Part shown: piece after piece, positions 19,217-28,109 of the stretch
How the letters are laid out: every line of letters begins with the position of its first letter
How positions within the stretch are numbered: position 1 is the first letter of the stretch
NCBI GenBank assembly: GCA_003140095.1
Contig: PLIU01000491.1
Coordinates: 2,789-66,788 of the forward strand
Source of the DNA: Verrucomicrobiales bacterium
Lineage (GTDB): Bacteria > Verrucomicrobiota > Verrucomicrobiia > Limisphaerales > Palsa-1400
DNA length: 64,000 bases
Direction: 5' to 3'
Notes under the pieces: model-generated
Told to the model about the DNA's origin: nothing
What the model saw: the letters and a program-made list of their open reading frames with translations, nothing else
Database searches by the model: none
Made by a program: the position numbers and the translations under genes

Positions 19217-19893
19217 GCTCGTTTCCTGACGGTGTTCCCACCTGGGCGCGGCACTCTCATTACCCTTGGCGAGGAATGATGACAAGATAAACTTTTTGTT
19301 CCATTTGCCGCGCACTCTCGGTTGGACAAAGGCTGGGTAAGCTGTTGAAGAGCGTGTTTGATAATTCGCACCCGGCGCCGCGTGGGGCACGTGGCCTACA
19401 GAATATGACCAGAATTCCAATCCTTTGCAGAATTGAACGGGATCATCTCTTAATGGCATGTAACGCCTTATTTTTTTCATAAATCTCTTGGTTGGACAGC
19501 GGATGTCCAAGTGCCTCTGGTAATTTGCTCGCATGAACGTGAAATACACATTCAAAGATTTTGACGAGCAGTTCCAAATGGCAACGCTTGCTTGTTTGAC
19601 CAGCAGTTTCATGCCGTCAAGGGATAATCCCGAAGTGGAAAGGGGTGATTTATCATTAGCAAATTTAATTATGCGCGCGCCACGCTTATTTTCGCTTAAT
19701 TTTGACTTTTTTGTTGGACGGCGGCTAGGGTCAATGCTACCTTCCCAGCGGAAGGGGTTGAGAGGTTACTACAGCTTGCTACAGCTTTTTCGACTTTGTG
19801 GGTTTTCCGAAATCACGCGAAAGGGGCTCTTTTCGGTTCGTTGCGGAAAACTTGTCTCTTTCCTTCGCCGGCGAGCTTGGGTAAATACTGGTT

Positions 19894-20388
19894 ATGCGAA
19901 CGGCAATTTATCCCGGCAGCTTCGACCCTCTGACGAATGGCCATCTGGATATCATTCAACGCGCCGCCAAGTTGTTCGACCGCGTCATCGTGGCGGTGGC
20001 TCAAAATGAAGGCAAAAAACCGCTCTTCTCCCTGAAGGATCGACTGAGCTTGGTGCAACAGTCGTTGGGCGAGTTCCCCAACGTCCAGGCCGATTCGTTC
20101 GATACGTTGCTGGTCGATTACGCCGCGGCCCAGGAGGGACAGGCCATCATCCGCGGGCTGCGGGCGGTGTCGGACTTTGAGTTTGAATTCCAACTTGCTT
20201 TGATGAATCGTAAGTTGAACGGTTCGGTGGAAACGATTTTTATGATGCCGCGGGAGACTTATACTTTTTTGAGTTCGCGGATCGTCAAGGAGATAGCGCG
20301 GCTGGGCGGCAATGTTGATGGCTTTGTTCCGCCGCACGTGCGGGCGGCGCTGAGCCGGAAATTCGGACGGGCTAAAGGCAAATCCTGA
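19894..20388 (+). CDS. coaD: Phosphopantetheine adenylyltransferase
   Basis: 164 aa. MRTAIYPGSFDPLTNGHLDIIQRA.., with a full-length CoaD pattern. Confidence 0.93.
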   Translation: MRTAIYPGSFDPLTNGHLDIIQRAAKLFDRVIVAVAQNEGKKPLFSLKDRLSLVQQSLGEFPNVQADSFDTLLVDYAAAQEGQAIIRGLRAVSDFEFEFQLALMNRKLNGSVETIFMMPRETYTFLSSRIVKEIARLGGNVDGFVPPHVRAALSRKFGRAKGKS

Positions 20389-20392
20389 ACGA

Positions 20393-20887
20393 TTGCCCAC
20401 CTTCGCCATGCCGCTCCAGGTCAACATCCGCCACGTGAAAGAGAAGGAAGTCCGGTTGCGGGGACAATTGCCGGTGGCGGAACTGGATTTGGAGAACGAT
20501 GACGAACTGGTGCGGGCGCGCCTTCCTTTACGCTACGACCTGACGGCGGAGATATTGGGCGAGGCGATTCTGGTGCAAGGCCGCCTTGAACTGACGCTGG
20601 ATTGCGAGTGCGCGCGGTGCCTCAAGCCGTTCGAGCACCGGATGGAATTGGGCCATTGGACGGCGCATTTGGCGCTGGAAGGTCCTGAAAAGGCGGCCCT
20701 GAAAGATGATTTGGCGGACTTGACGCCGTACCTGCGCGAAGATATTCTGCTGGAGTTGCCGCAACATCCGTTGTGTGAGGCCGATTGCGCGGGATTGCCG
20801 AATCGAGCCAAGCAAAATAAAACGAAAAGCGCCAGTCCGACGGAGGGTTCGTCTGCCTGGGCTGAACTGAACAAACTAAAATTCTAA
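20393..20887 (+). CDS. YceD/DUF177-family protein (upstream of rpmF)
   Basis: 164 aa. CxxC..C..C pattern (LDCECARCLKPF ... HPLCEADCAGL). Conserved position immediately 5' of rpmF-plsX. Confidence 0.8.
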   Translation: MPTFAMPLQVNIRHVKEKEVRLRGQLPVAELDLENDDELVRARLPLRYDLTAEILGEAILVQGRLELTLDCECARCLKPFEHRMELGHWTAHLALEGPEKAALKDDLADLTPYLREDILLELPQHPLCEADCAGLPNRAKQNKTKSASPTEGSSAWAELNKLKF

Positions 20888-20899
20888 ACAGGAACATTT

Positions 20900-21088
20900 A
20901 TGGGAGTACCCAAACGCAAGCCTTCGCACAGCCGCCAGCGGATGCGCCGGGCTTACAATAGTGTCATGAAGGTCCCCCAACTGAGCACCTGCCCGCAATG
21001 CGCGGCCCCGTATGTGCCGCATCGGGTCTGTCCCTCTTGCGGCTTTTACAAGGGCCGGCAGGTCATCACCGTCAAAACGGCAGCCTGA
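20900..21088 (+). CDS. rpmF: 50S ribosomal protein L32
   Basis: 62 aa. MGVPKRKPSHSRQRMRRA.. with a zinc-ribbon CPQC..CPSC. Confidence 0.93.
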   Translation: MGVPKRKPSHSRQRMRRAYNSVMKVPQLSTCPQCAAPYVPHRVCPSCGFYKGRQVITVKTAA

Positions 21089-21135
21089 CCGTTCTCGGCG
21101 GCGCGGAAGTGATGGGTCTTCCGCGCTCTTTTTTT

Positions 21136-22173
21136 ATGCGCATTGTCTTGGATGTGATGGGAGGCGATCACGGCGCGGAGACGATCATCGAAGGCGCACG
21201 GCTGGCGCTGCAATCCAGGGCCTCCATCACCCAATTGTTTCTGGTCGGGCGCGCGGAGGAAATTGAGGCGGCCATCAAACATACCGGCTGCCGCGACCCT
21301 CGCGTGACCATCGTGCCAGCCACCGAAGTCCTGACCATGGAGGACAAACCGGTGGAAGGGTTGCGACGTAAGAAGGATTGCTCCATTTTGCGCGCCGTCG
21401 AGATGCTCAAGGAGGGACTAGCTGACGCCATGATCTCCCCTGGCAACACCGGCGGAATTGTCGCCGCCAGCATCATTCGTTTGCGCCCCCTGCCGGGAGT
21501 GGATCGGCCGGGCATCGCCACGGTCATTCCGGGACCGAAGAATGAATTTGTGCTGCTGGACTCCGGCGCCAGCGTGGAATGCCGGCCGGCGCACTTGCTG
21601 CATTTCGCCATCATGGGCGGCATTTACTCTCGCGAGATACTCGGATATAACAACCCGCGCGTGGGCATCCTGAGCAACGGCACCGAAGCCAACAAAGGCA
21701 CCGAACTGACGCAGGAGGCCTGCAAACTTTGCCAAATGGCGGACCTGAACTTTATCGGCAATGTCGAGGGGCACGACCTGTTCCACGACCGCGTTGACGT
21801 GGTGGTCTGCGACGGCTTTATCGGCAACATCGTACTCAAGACGTTGGAAAGCTTTGCCAAAGGCCTAGGCGGCTGGGTCAAGGACGAAGTCTCCAAGAAT
21901 CCGAAGCGCATGCTCGGCGCCATGCTGGTCAAGAACGCCCTGCGCACCATCAAGCGGCGCATTGATCCCGATAGACGCGGCGGCGCTCCCTTGCTCGGCC
22001 TGAACGGCACCGTTTTTAAAGCGCATGGTTCCGCCAGCGCTCTGGCCATCACCAACGCCATCGGCGAATGCACCAAGGCCCTGCAGCATCGCCTCAACCA
22101 GATGATCGAATCCGAAGTCGCCAAAGCTAACGAGCACATTGGGAACGCGCCCACCGCCAACGCCAAACCATGA
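21136..22173 (+). CDS. plsX: Phosphate acyltransferase PlsX
   Basis: ORF 20998..22173 trimmed to ATG 21136 (MRIVLDVMGGDHGAE..). PlsX-typical LLGLNGTVFKAHGSA. Confidence 0.93.
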   Translation: MRIVLDVMGGDHGAETIIEGARLALQSRASITQLFLVGRAEEIEAAIKHTGCRDPRVTIVPATEVLTMEDKPVEGLRRKKDCSILRAVEMLKEGLADAMISPGNTGGIVAASIIRLRPLPGVDRPGIATVIPGPKNEFVLLDSGASVECRPAHLLHFAIMGGIYSREILGYNNPRVGILSNGTEANKGTELTQEACKLCQMADLNFIGNVEGHDLFHDRVDVVVCDGFIGNIVLKTLESFAKGLGGWVKDEVSKNPKRMLGAMLVKNALRTIKRRIDPDRRGGAPLLGLNGTVFKAHGSASALAITNAIGECTKALQHRLNQMIESEVAKANEHIGNAPTANAKP

Positions 22174-23204
22174 AACTGCCCGCCCGAGACTTCACCAACC
22201 CGCGCGCCCGCCACAATTTCGAGGGGCGGACCTGCTCGATCATCTCCGTGGGCTCCTACGTGCCCGAACGCGTGCTGTCCAATGCCGACCTGGAAAAAAT
22301 GGTCGATACGTCCAACGAGTGGATCTTCTCCCGCACCGGGATCAAGGAACGCCGCATCGCCGCCCAGCACCAGGCCACTTCCGACCTCGCCGCGCGGGCC
22401 GCGCGCGTCGCCATGACGCGGGCCAAAATCACGCCCGGCGAGATTGATCTGATCATCCTGGCCACCATCACCCCCGATATGCCCTTCCCCTCCACCGCCT
22501 GTCTGGTGCAGGAGAAAATTGGCGCTGAAAACGCGGCCGCCTTTGACATTCAAGCCGCTTGTTCGGGCTTCATTTTCGCCCTGGAGATCGGCCAGCAATT
22601 CATCATGTCCCGCACCTACGACACCATCCTGGTCATCGGCGCGGAAAAACTTTCCTCCATCATCAATTGGAACGACCGCAACACCTGCGTTCTTTTCGGC
22701 GACGGCGCCGGCGCCGCCATTTTGCGCTACCGGCCGGATGCGCACGGATTATTGACAGCCTGCATGGGCTCCGACGGCGCGCGGGCCGGGCTGTTATGCA
22801 TGCCCGGCGGCGGATCGGCTTTTCCGCCCAGCCACGAAACGGTCGCCGCCGGCCTGCATTATTTGCGCATGGACGGCAAAGAGACCTACAAAAACGCCGT
22901 CACGGCCATGCATATCGCCGCCGTGGAGGCCTTGCGCCGATGCGAACTGGACATCGCGCAAATCACCTGCATCATTCCGCACCAGGCCAACCGGCGGATC
23001 ATCGACGCGGTGGCGGAACGATTAGGCGCCAAGCCGGAGCAATTATTCGTCAACCTGGAAAAGCACGGCAACACCTCCGCCGCGTCGGTGGCCATCGCCT
23101 TGGACGAAGCCGTGCAATGTAAGCGCATTCAAAGGGGAGACTTGGTATTGCTGATCGTATTCGGCGCGGGCCTGACCTGGGGCGCCGCCATCATTGAATG
23201 GTAG
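22170..23204 (+). CDS. fabH: 3-oxoacyl-ACP synthase III
   Basis: 344 aa. ATGA overlap with plsX. Active-site region AACSGF, HQANRRI, GNTSAAS. Confidence 0.93.
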   Translation: MKLPARDFTNPRARHNFEGRTCSIISVGSYVPERVLSNADLEKMVDTSNEWIFSRTGIKERRIAAQHQATSDLAARAARVAMTRAKITPGEIDLIILATITPDMPFPSTACLVQEKIGAENAAAFDIQAACSGFIFALEIGQQFIMSRTYDTILVIGAEKLSSIINWNDRNTCVLFGDGAGAAILRYRPDAHGLLTACMGSDGARAGLLCMPGGGSAFPPSHETVAAGLHYLRMDGKETYKNAVTAMHIAAVEALRRCELDIAQITCIIPHQANRRIIDAVAERLGAKPEQLFVNLEKHGNTSAASVAIALDEAVQCKRIQRGDLVLLIVFGAGLTWGAAIIEW

Positions 23205-23267
23205 GTTTGGAATGGATTCGTCATTGACTGTGTGGGAAGGGTCAGGTAGTTTTTGCGGCTCCGAGCG

Positions 23268-23344
23268 GGGGGTGTAGCTCAATTGGTTAGAGCGCTGCCC
23301 TGTCACGGCAGAGGTTACGGGTTCGAGCCCCGCCACTCCCGCCA
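23268..23344 (+). tRNA. tRNA-Asp (anticodon GUC)
   Basis: Hand-folded cloverleaf. Acceptor GGGGGTG/CACTCCC (one G-U). D arm GCTC-AATTGGTTA-GAGC. Anticodon arm CTGCC-CTGTCAC-GGCAG. T loop TTCGAGC. Discriminator G and encoded CCA. 77 nt. Confidence 0.9.
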
Positions 23345-24246
23345 TCTCCCGCATTCTGCCCTGTTGTGACAGGCAATGCCAAACCGTGACAAACTCCTTT
23401 GGTTACAAGGGTTTGCGCAACTTCCGGCCCGACACTCGTTGTGACAGGCAATGACACGTTTTGACCCGTTGCGCCAAATCCTTGTGAGGCTCCTTGTGAT
23501 GATGATTCTATAAAGGACGGCAACACATCAATCGCCGTTTCCGTTCCCAAAAGATTTTCGTCGGTGTAAGTTTTGTCCGTAAGTTTCCCGTCGCTGTGGC
23601 GCATTATCGCCATAGCCGTGCGGCGTGGCACGCCTGCTTTGGCAAGGTTGGTGCAGAGCGTGTTTCGTAACGCATGGAAATCCGCATAACGTCCAAGGGT
23701 GTCTTGATACGGAATGCCCGCCTTTTTCAAATCCAGCTTGAATCGTTCAATGCGCGGGAATCGCTCAAAGACCAACGCTTCCGGCTGACTTTCGCCCTTG
23801 ATCTCGCGCAAGATGGCCACCAATTCAGGATGCAACGTCATGGGTGCCACTTTGCTGTTTTTGGTTGTGGAAGAACGCACAATGGCGAAGGGTCTTGCCT
23901 CATCCAAGTGCAAGTCCGCCCACTTGAGTTGAGACAGTTCGCCGCGCCGCAAGCCTGTGTGAGGGGCCATCAAATAAGCGGCCTTGTTCTTGCCAGCGAC
24001 GGCCAGCAGACGTTTGATCTCATCAATGGTGAACGCCCGCCGCTCGCGTGTTTGTCGCCCTTCCGTTTTGACTTTTTCGACCGAGAGCATCGGATTTTTT
24101 TCCACCCGCTCGTTTTTAATGAGCCAGTTGAAAAAGCAGCGGGCGGCCTCCAAGTAATCATTGACCGTCTTCGGCGCAAGTTCACATTTGCCGCGCCGCC
24201 ACGTCTGGAATGAATCAGAACTTACCGCCCTGATTGTCGTCCAGTG
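23287..24246 (-). CDS. Tyrosine-type site-specific integrase (short N-terminus, no canonical start)
   Basis: Catalytic-domain signature GLRRGEL, ADFHALRNT, MRHSDGKLTDKTY. Core-binding helix ..PKTVNDYLEAARCFFNWL. The frame is open only from 24246 with no ATG. The C-terminal tail reads through the att-arm repeats into the tRNA. Confidence 0.8.
   Translation of the reverse strand, partial: HWTTIRAVSSDSFQTWRRGKCELAPKTVNDYLEAARCFFNWLIKNERVEKNPMLSVEKVKTEGRQTRERRAFTIDEIKRLLAVAGKNKAAYLMAPHTGLRRGELSQLKWADLHLDEARPFAIVRSSTTKNSKVAPMTLHPELVAILREIKGESQPEALVFERFPRIERFKLDLKKAGIPYQDTLGRYADFHALRNTLCTNLAKAGVPRRTAMAIMRHSDGKLTDKTYTDENLLGTETAIDVLPSFIESSSQGASQGFGATGQNVSLPVTTSVGPEVAQTLVTKGVCHGLALPVTTGQNAGDGGSGGARTRNLCRDRAAL
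23318..23345 (+). repeat. attL core (tRNA-Asp 3' end)
   Basis: 28-nt exact copy of 28110-28137. Confidence 0.75.
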
Positions 24247-25708
24247 TCACTCCCAAATTAACCGGCCAATTCGACATTCCAAGTTCGCCAGATGCTTTTG
24301 GGATTGTCCGAGCCGCCGCGCATCACCGAGGAAGTCTTGCAAATGCTCAAAGGAAATGGTTTGTCACATTGTTTCTTCTGTTCGTTTTGGGCGCTGGCGT
24401 CCAGTTGCACGCTCAAAGTGCTGAACTCGACCGAAAGGTGTTTGAGACCACCAAAGCCAAAGCCGAAACAGGTGATGCAGTCTCAGAATTCAACCTTGGT
24501 GTGGCATATGGTGATGTCGTCAGAGTACCACGAAATTATAAGGAAGCAGCCAGATGGTATCGTAAGGCAGCAGAGCAAGGAATGGCAGCCGCACAATGCA
24601 AACTCGGCTTTTTGTATTCCGACGGCCAAGGCGTTCAGAATGATGATACCGTAGCAGTCGGATGGTTTCGTAAGGCCGCCGAACAGGGAAATGCAGTCGC
24701 ACAATTCTACCTTGGTGAAATGTACGCCGATGCCCACGGTGTGGCACAAGATTATGGGGAAGCAAGCAAATGGCTTCGTAAATCCGCAGAACAAGGAAAC
24801 CCACAAGCTCAAATGGGTCTGGGCGATTGCTACGACCAAGGTCTAGGTGTCGCGAAGGATCAGGCGGAGGCTCTGAAGTGGTATCGCAAAGCCGGAGAAC
24901 AGAATGTGGCCGAAGCCCAATACAATGTGGGCAATTACTACACGCTCGGCTTAGGTGTGGTGAAGGATTATGTGGAGGCAGTAAAGTGGTTTCGCAAAGC
25001 CGCAGCACAGGGAATCGCCGTCGCACAATCCAAACTCGGTACGGCGTATGGCAGCGGCGAGGGTGTTCCTAAGAATTATATTGAAGCATACAAATGGTAT
25101 AGCCTTGCAGCGTCGCAAGGAAATGAATCAGCCAAGACGAATTTATCCATCGCTGAAATGCGCATGACGCCGGAACAAGTTGCCGAGGCACAACGCTTGG
25201 CTCGCGAATTCACGCCGCGCAAGACCTCGGATTTCAACAAGGATACCACTGATTCCCAACCCACGGCCAGCGGCACAGGATTTTTCATCACGGACGATGG
25301 TTATTTGATTTCAAATTATCATGTAGTCAAGAATGCCAAGAAGGTTCGTGTGCTCACGAGCGCCGGTTTGATTTCCGCCAAGGTGGTGCGCATGGATGCG
25401 GCCAATGATTTGGCTTTGTTGAAAGCGGACGGGCGCAGCCGGGCAATTCGGGCGGCGCGCTGGTGGATGAGCATGGCAATGTTGTCGGCGTGGTGTCGGC
25501 CAAACTGAATGCGTCGGCGGCGCTGGCGGCGAGCGGGGCGCTGCCGGAGAATGTGAATTACGCGGTGAAGAGCAGTTATCTATTGAGCTTCCTTGAATCC
25601 GTGCCGGAGGTTTCGGCCAAACTTAAGGCGCCAATCGGCACCGAACGGAAGTTTGATGACGTGGTACAGACGGCACAAGCAGCTGCAGTGCTTGTTATGG
25701 TTTATTGA
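24234..25708 (+). pseudogene. Sel1-repeat (SLR) / trypsin-like serine protease fusion, disrupted by an internal deletion plus frameshift
   Basis: About 7 Sel1 repeats (A.WYRKAAEQG...AQ..LG..Y..G.GV..D). Protease N-lobe GTGFFITDDGYLISNYHVV..DLALLKADG, then the frame is lost near 25428-25436. ORF 25463..25708 resumes at (PGNSGGALV)DEHGNVVGVVSAKL. About 60-70 aa of the protease core are missing. Confidence 0.7.
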
Positions 25709-25792
25709 TTCAAATTTCAACCGTCTGAAGTTTTTTCGTGGCCGTGCGACAGCATTTGCTTTATTGCAAGCCCAAGCGTAAATTAAGCCAAT

Positions 25793-26308
25793 ATGACAAG
25801 GCAAGAAAAACAATTCGTGCAACTTCAGCAACTAGGGACAAAATTGCGAATAGCGCAACAGGAGGTCGAAGAATGTCAGAAAAAACTAGCTGAACGTCAA
25901 CGTAAGGTCGCTGAGATTTTGCAAGAAGTGGCGGACCTTGCCAAATTATGGGGAAAGGATCTGAAAAGGTGGCTTAAAATATTGACATTCTGCGAAAGAG
26001 TTCAGAAGGAAACGGGTCAGCCCCGCATAATCGCATATAATTATTTTCCTGCACGCTCGAAAATCCGCATTGTGTCAATCAAGCGTCAAGAGAGAACTGC
26101 AATACCCACCCCCCTTGGTTTTTTTGCCACGGCTCCCGCGACCCTTTCCCAATTGCCCGTGCCCGTGGTTGCTGGGGGGCGGACTTCCTGCAAGCGTGTC
26201 TCCCTTTTAGTGGCGGTCAGAACGGGCATCGAGAGGCAAACGCAAGTTCTTCGATCACCTCCCGAAGCATCCGATGCTTTTCCTCATCCGGTCTGCGACG
26301 CCTTGTAG
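25793..26308 (+). CDS. Hypothetical coiled-coil protein (uncertain; probably shorter than the ORF)
   Basis: AT-rich ORF. The N-terminal ~60 aa are heptad-like (QQEVEECQKKLAERQRKVAEILQEVADL). The 3' third looks non-coding and overlaps the Rep C-terminal ORF. Confidence 0.3.
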   Translation: MTRQEKQFVQLQQLGTKLRIAQQEVEECQKKLAERQRKVAEILQEVADLAKLWGKDLKRWLKILTFCERVQKETGQPRIIAYNYFPARSKIRIVSIKRQERTAIPTPLGFFATAPATLSQLPVPVVAGGRTSCKRVSLLVAVRTGIERQTQVLRSPPEASDAFPHPVCDAL

Positions 26309-27420
26309 CCCCAAAACTTTTCGACGACGCCAATTCTTGCATCGCCTTTTTCCACTCTGGCGACGGGCGCAGGTGGTCGAGCGTGATTTCCGTCACATGC
26401 CACCAGAATTTCCGTGCCAGGTCGCCGCCACTGTTAATCCAGCGAACGTGAACGTTGAGATTCGCCTCGCCTATCGCTTCCCGTGTGGCCCCGTCCTGCC
26501 AGTCATCTTCCACAAACCACACCGCTTGAAACAGTTTGCCCATTTTCCAAGCCCACTTCGGCCCAAGGATGTCTTTGATGTTTAGCTCGGTGATCTTCGC
26601 GCCCTTGTGGTTCAGGACCGTGACCGCTTGCTTGACCAATTTCCCGCCAGGCGCGAGCGCGAGCCGTCATCCAGCCGAACCGGGACTCGTGCGGCGTTGT
26701 CTTTGCGCGTTCCGCCTCTCGCCTTGGTTCTTTTGACCAGTGGCCGAAATAGCGAACGCACCTTGCCCCCTTGTCTTCCGGCAATCGGCTGTCCCAATCC
26801 TTGTGCAGATATGCGCCCAGGTAACGCCCCAGGGCTTCTCCATTCGTACGCAACGGCTGTAGCTGATGCCGACCGAAACCGTAGAGCTTGGCAGTTCTCA
26901 GCCAATATGCCCATTCCCGGTGTATGGCCTTGTTTGCCGTTAAGTAAACCGGTTTGTAAAGCGGTTTTCCAAGACAGTCTTTTGGCGGGAAGCAGGCAGC
27001 GAAATCAATTTGGCCGTAAATGTTTTCTTTGCAGACCACGACCAGATGGAAATGAATGCCGCCGTTCTTGTGGCGTTCCGTGACATTCACCCCGCACACG
27101 TAACGCTTTGAAATCTCATGTGTCATCAGCGAATGGAAACGCCTTTGAGCTTCAATCCTGTCTCGCAGGTTGCGGAATCTTCCACCCACAACCAAATCGC
27201 CCAAGGTCGGAGTGTGCATGGCGACCCGCTCTCGTCCGAATGTTTCAGACATCCAAAGGATATTCTGCGTTAGTGCTTCCGCCTGCTTCTTGCGTGGCCC
27301 CGGCAATGGTGGCTTCTCATCATCATTTGATGCAGTTGTTACAAATAGACAAGGAAGGCCGGAGGCGGGCGGCGCTTCGCGCCGCTCCGCCCCCAGCCCT
27401 TCCCCGTTGCCCGTTGTCAT
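26217..27420 (-). pseudogene. HUH rolling-circle replication initiator (phiX174 gpA / P2 gpA-like, double-tyrosine type), apparently frameshifted
   Basis: ORF 26503..27420 has GGIHFHLVVV (HUH) and RYLGAYLHK (YxxxY-x-K). The coding-like sequence continues in another frame as ORF 26217..26639 (VKQAVTVLNHKGAKITELNIKDILGPKWAWKMG..). The frame switch lies near 26640-26650. Confidence 0.55.
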
Positions 27421-27461
27421 AATCCCTTGCCCTCATTAGCGGAGCCGATTAACCTTGGAAC

Positions 27462-27662
27462 GTGAAAGCAACATTGCCAGAACCCGAAATCGTAACGCGC
27501 AACGGCAAACCCGTTTCGGTAATCATCCCCATCAAGGAGTACGCAGAACTTTTGGAGCGCGTGGAGGACGCCGATGACGTGGCCTGGCTTAAACGCGCCC
27601 GCCGCAAGCCGCTGCACTACCGTCCGCTGGAAGACTACCTGGCCGAGCGCACGCGCAAGTGA
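27462..27662 (+). CDS. Type II antitoxin, Phd/YefM family
   Basis: 66 aa. ..IVTRNGKPVSVIIPIKEYAELLERVEDADD... The stop overlaps the toxin start. Confidence 0.8.
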   Translation: MKATLPEPEIVTRNGKPVSVIIPIKEYAELLERVEDADDVAWLKRARRKPLHYRPLEDYLAERTRK

Positions 27663-27919
27663 CCATGTATCGCGTCCTGCTTGAACGCGCGGCGGAGAAA
27701 GACCTCTCACGGCTCACCTCGCAGATTCACGACCGGGTCATCGCGGCGATTCGGGCGCTGGCGACAAACCCTCGCCCGCCCGGTTGCCGCAAACTGGCCG
27801 GGAGCAAGAACGACTGGCGCATCCGCGTAGGCGACTACCGCGTGGTTTACGAGATCGCCGATGAGATTCGCGTCGTACGTATCAACCGCGTCCGCCACCG
27901 CCGAGACGTGTACCGTTAA
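27659..27919 (+). CDS. Type II toxin, RelE/ParE family
   Basis: 86 aa (GTG 27659, or ATG 27665). ..KLAGSKNDWRIRVGDYRVVYEIADEIRVVRINRVRHRRDVY. Confidence 0.85.
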   Translation: MTMYRVLLERAAEKDLSRLTSQIHDRVIAAIRALATNPRPPGCRKLAGSKNDWRIRVGDYRVVYEIADEIRVVRINRVRHRRDVYR

Positions 27920-28109
27920 TCGCATAGGTCACTCGCCCTTGTTGCTTATGGCGGCGTTGACAATAGCGAGGATTGGGGCCTTGAGTGGCGGAGGAAGTTT
28001 ATCCCATGCAGTGACTACGCGTGCCAGGTCGCGACCCCATGCGCCGGGAGCTTGTGAGGCTCCTTGTGATGGCAGGCTGCCTAAACCGTTGATGGAGAGG
28101 GTTTCGTCG

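Noticed and set aside
18540-19893. Search for a CRISPR array or other cas genes near the cas3 fossil
   Set aside because: Reading both strands revealed no regularly spaced direct repeats of 24-40 nt. There were only isolated short motifs, so no CRISPR feature is reported.
21624-22745. 373-aa minus-strand ORF across plsX/fabH
   Set aside because: It is antisense to two well-supported core genes. It is a shadow ORF.
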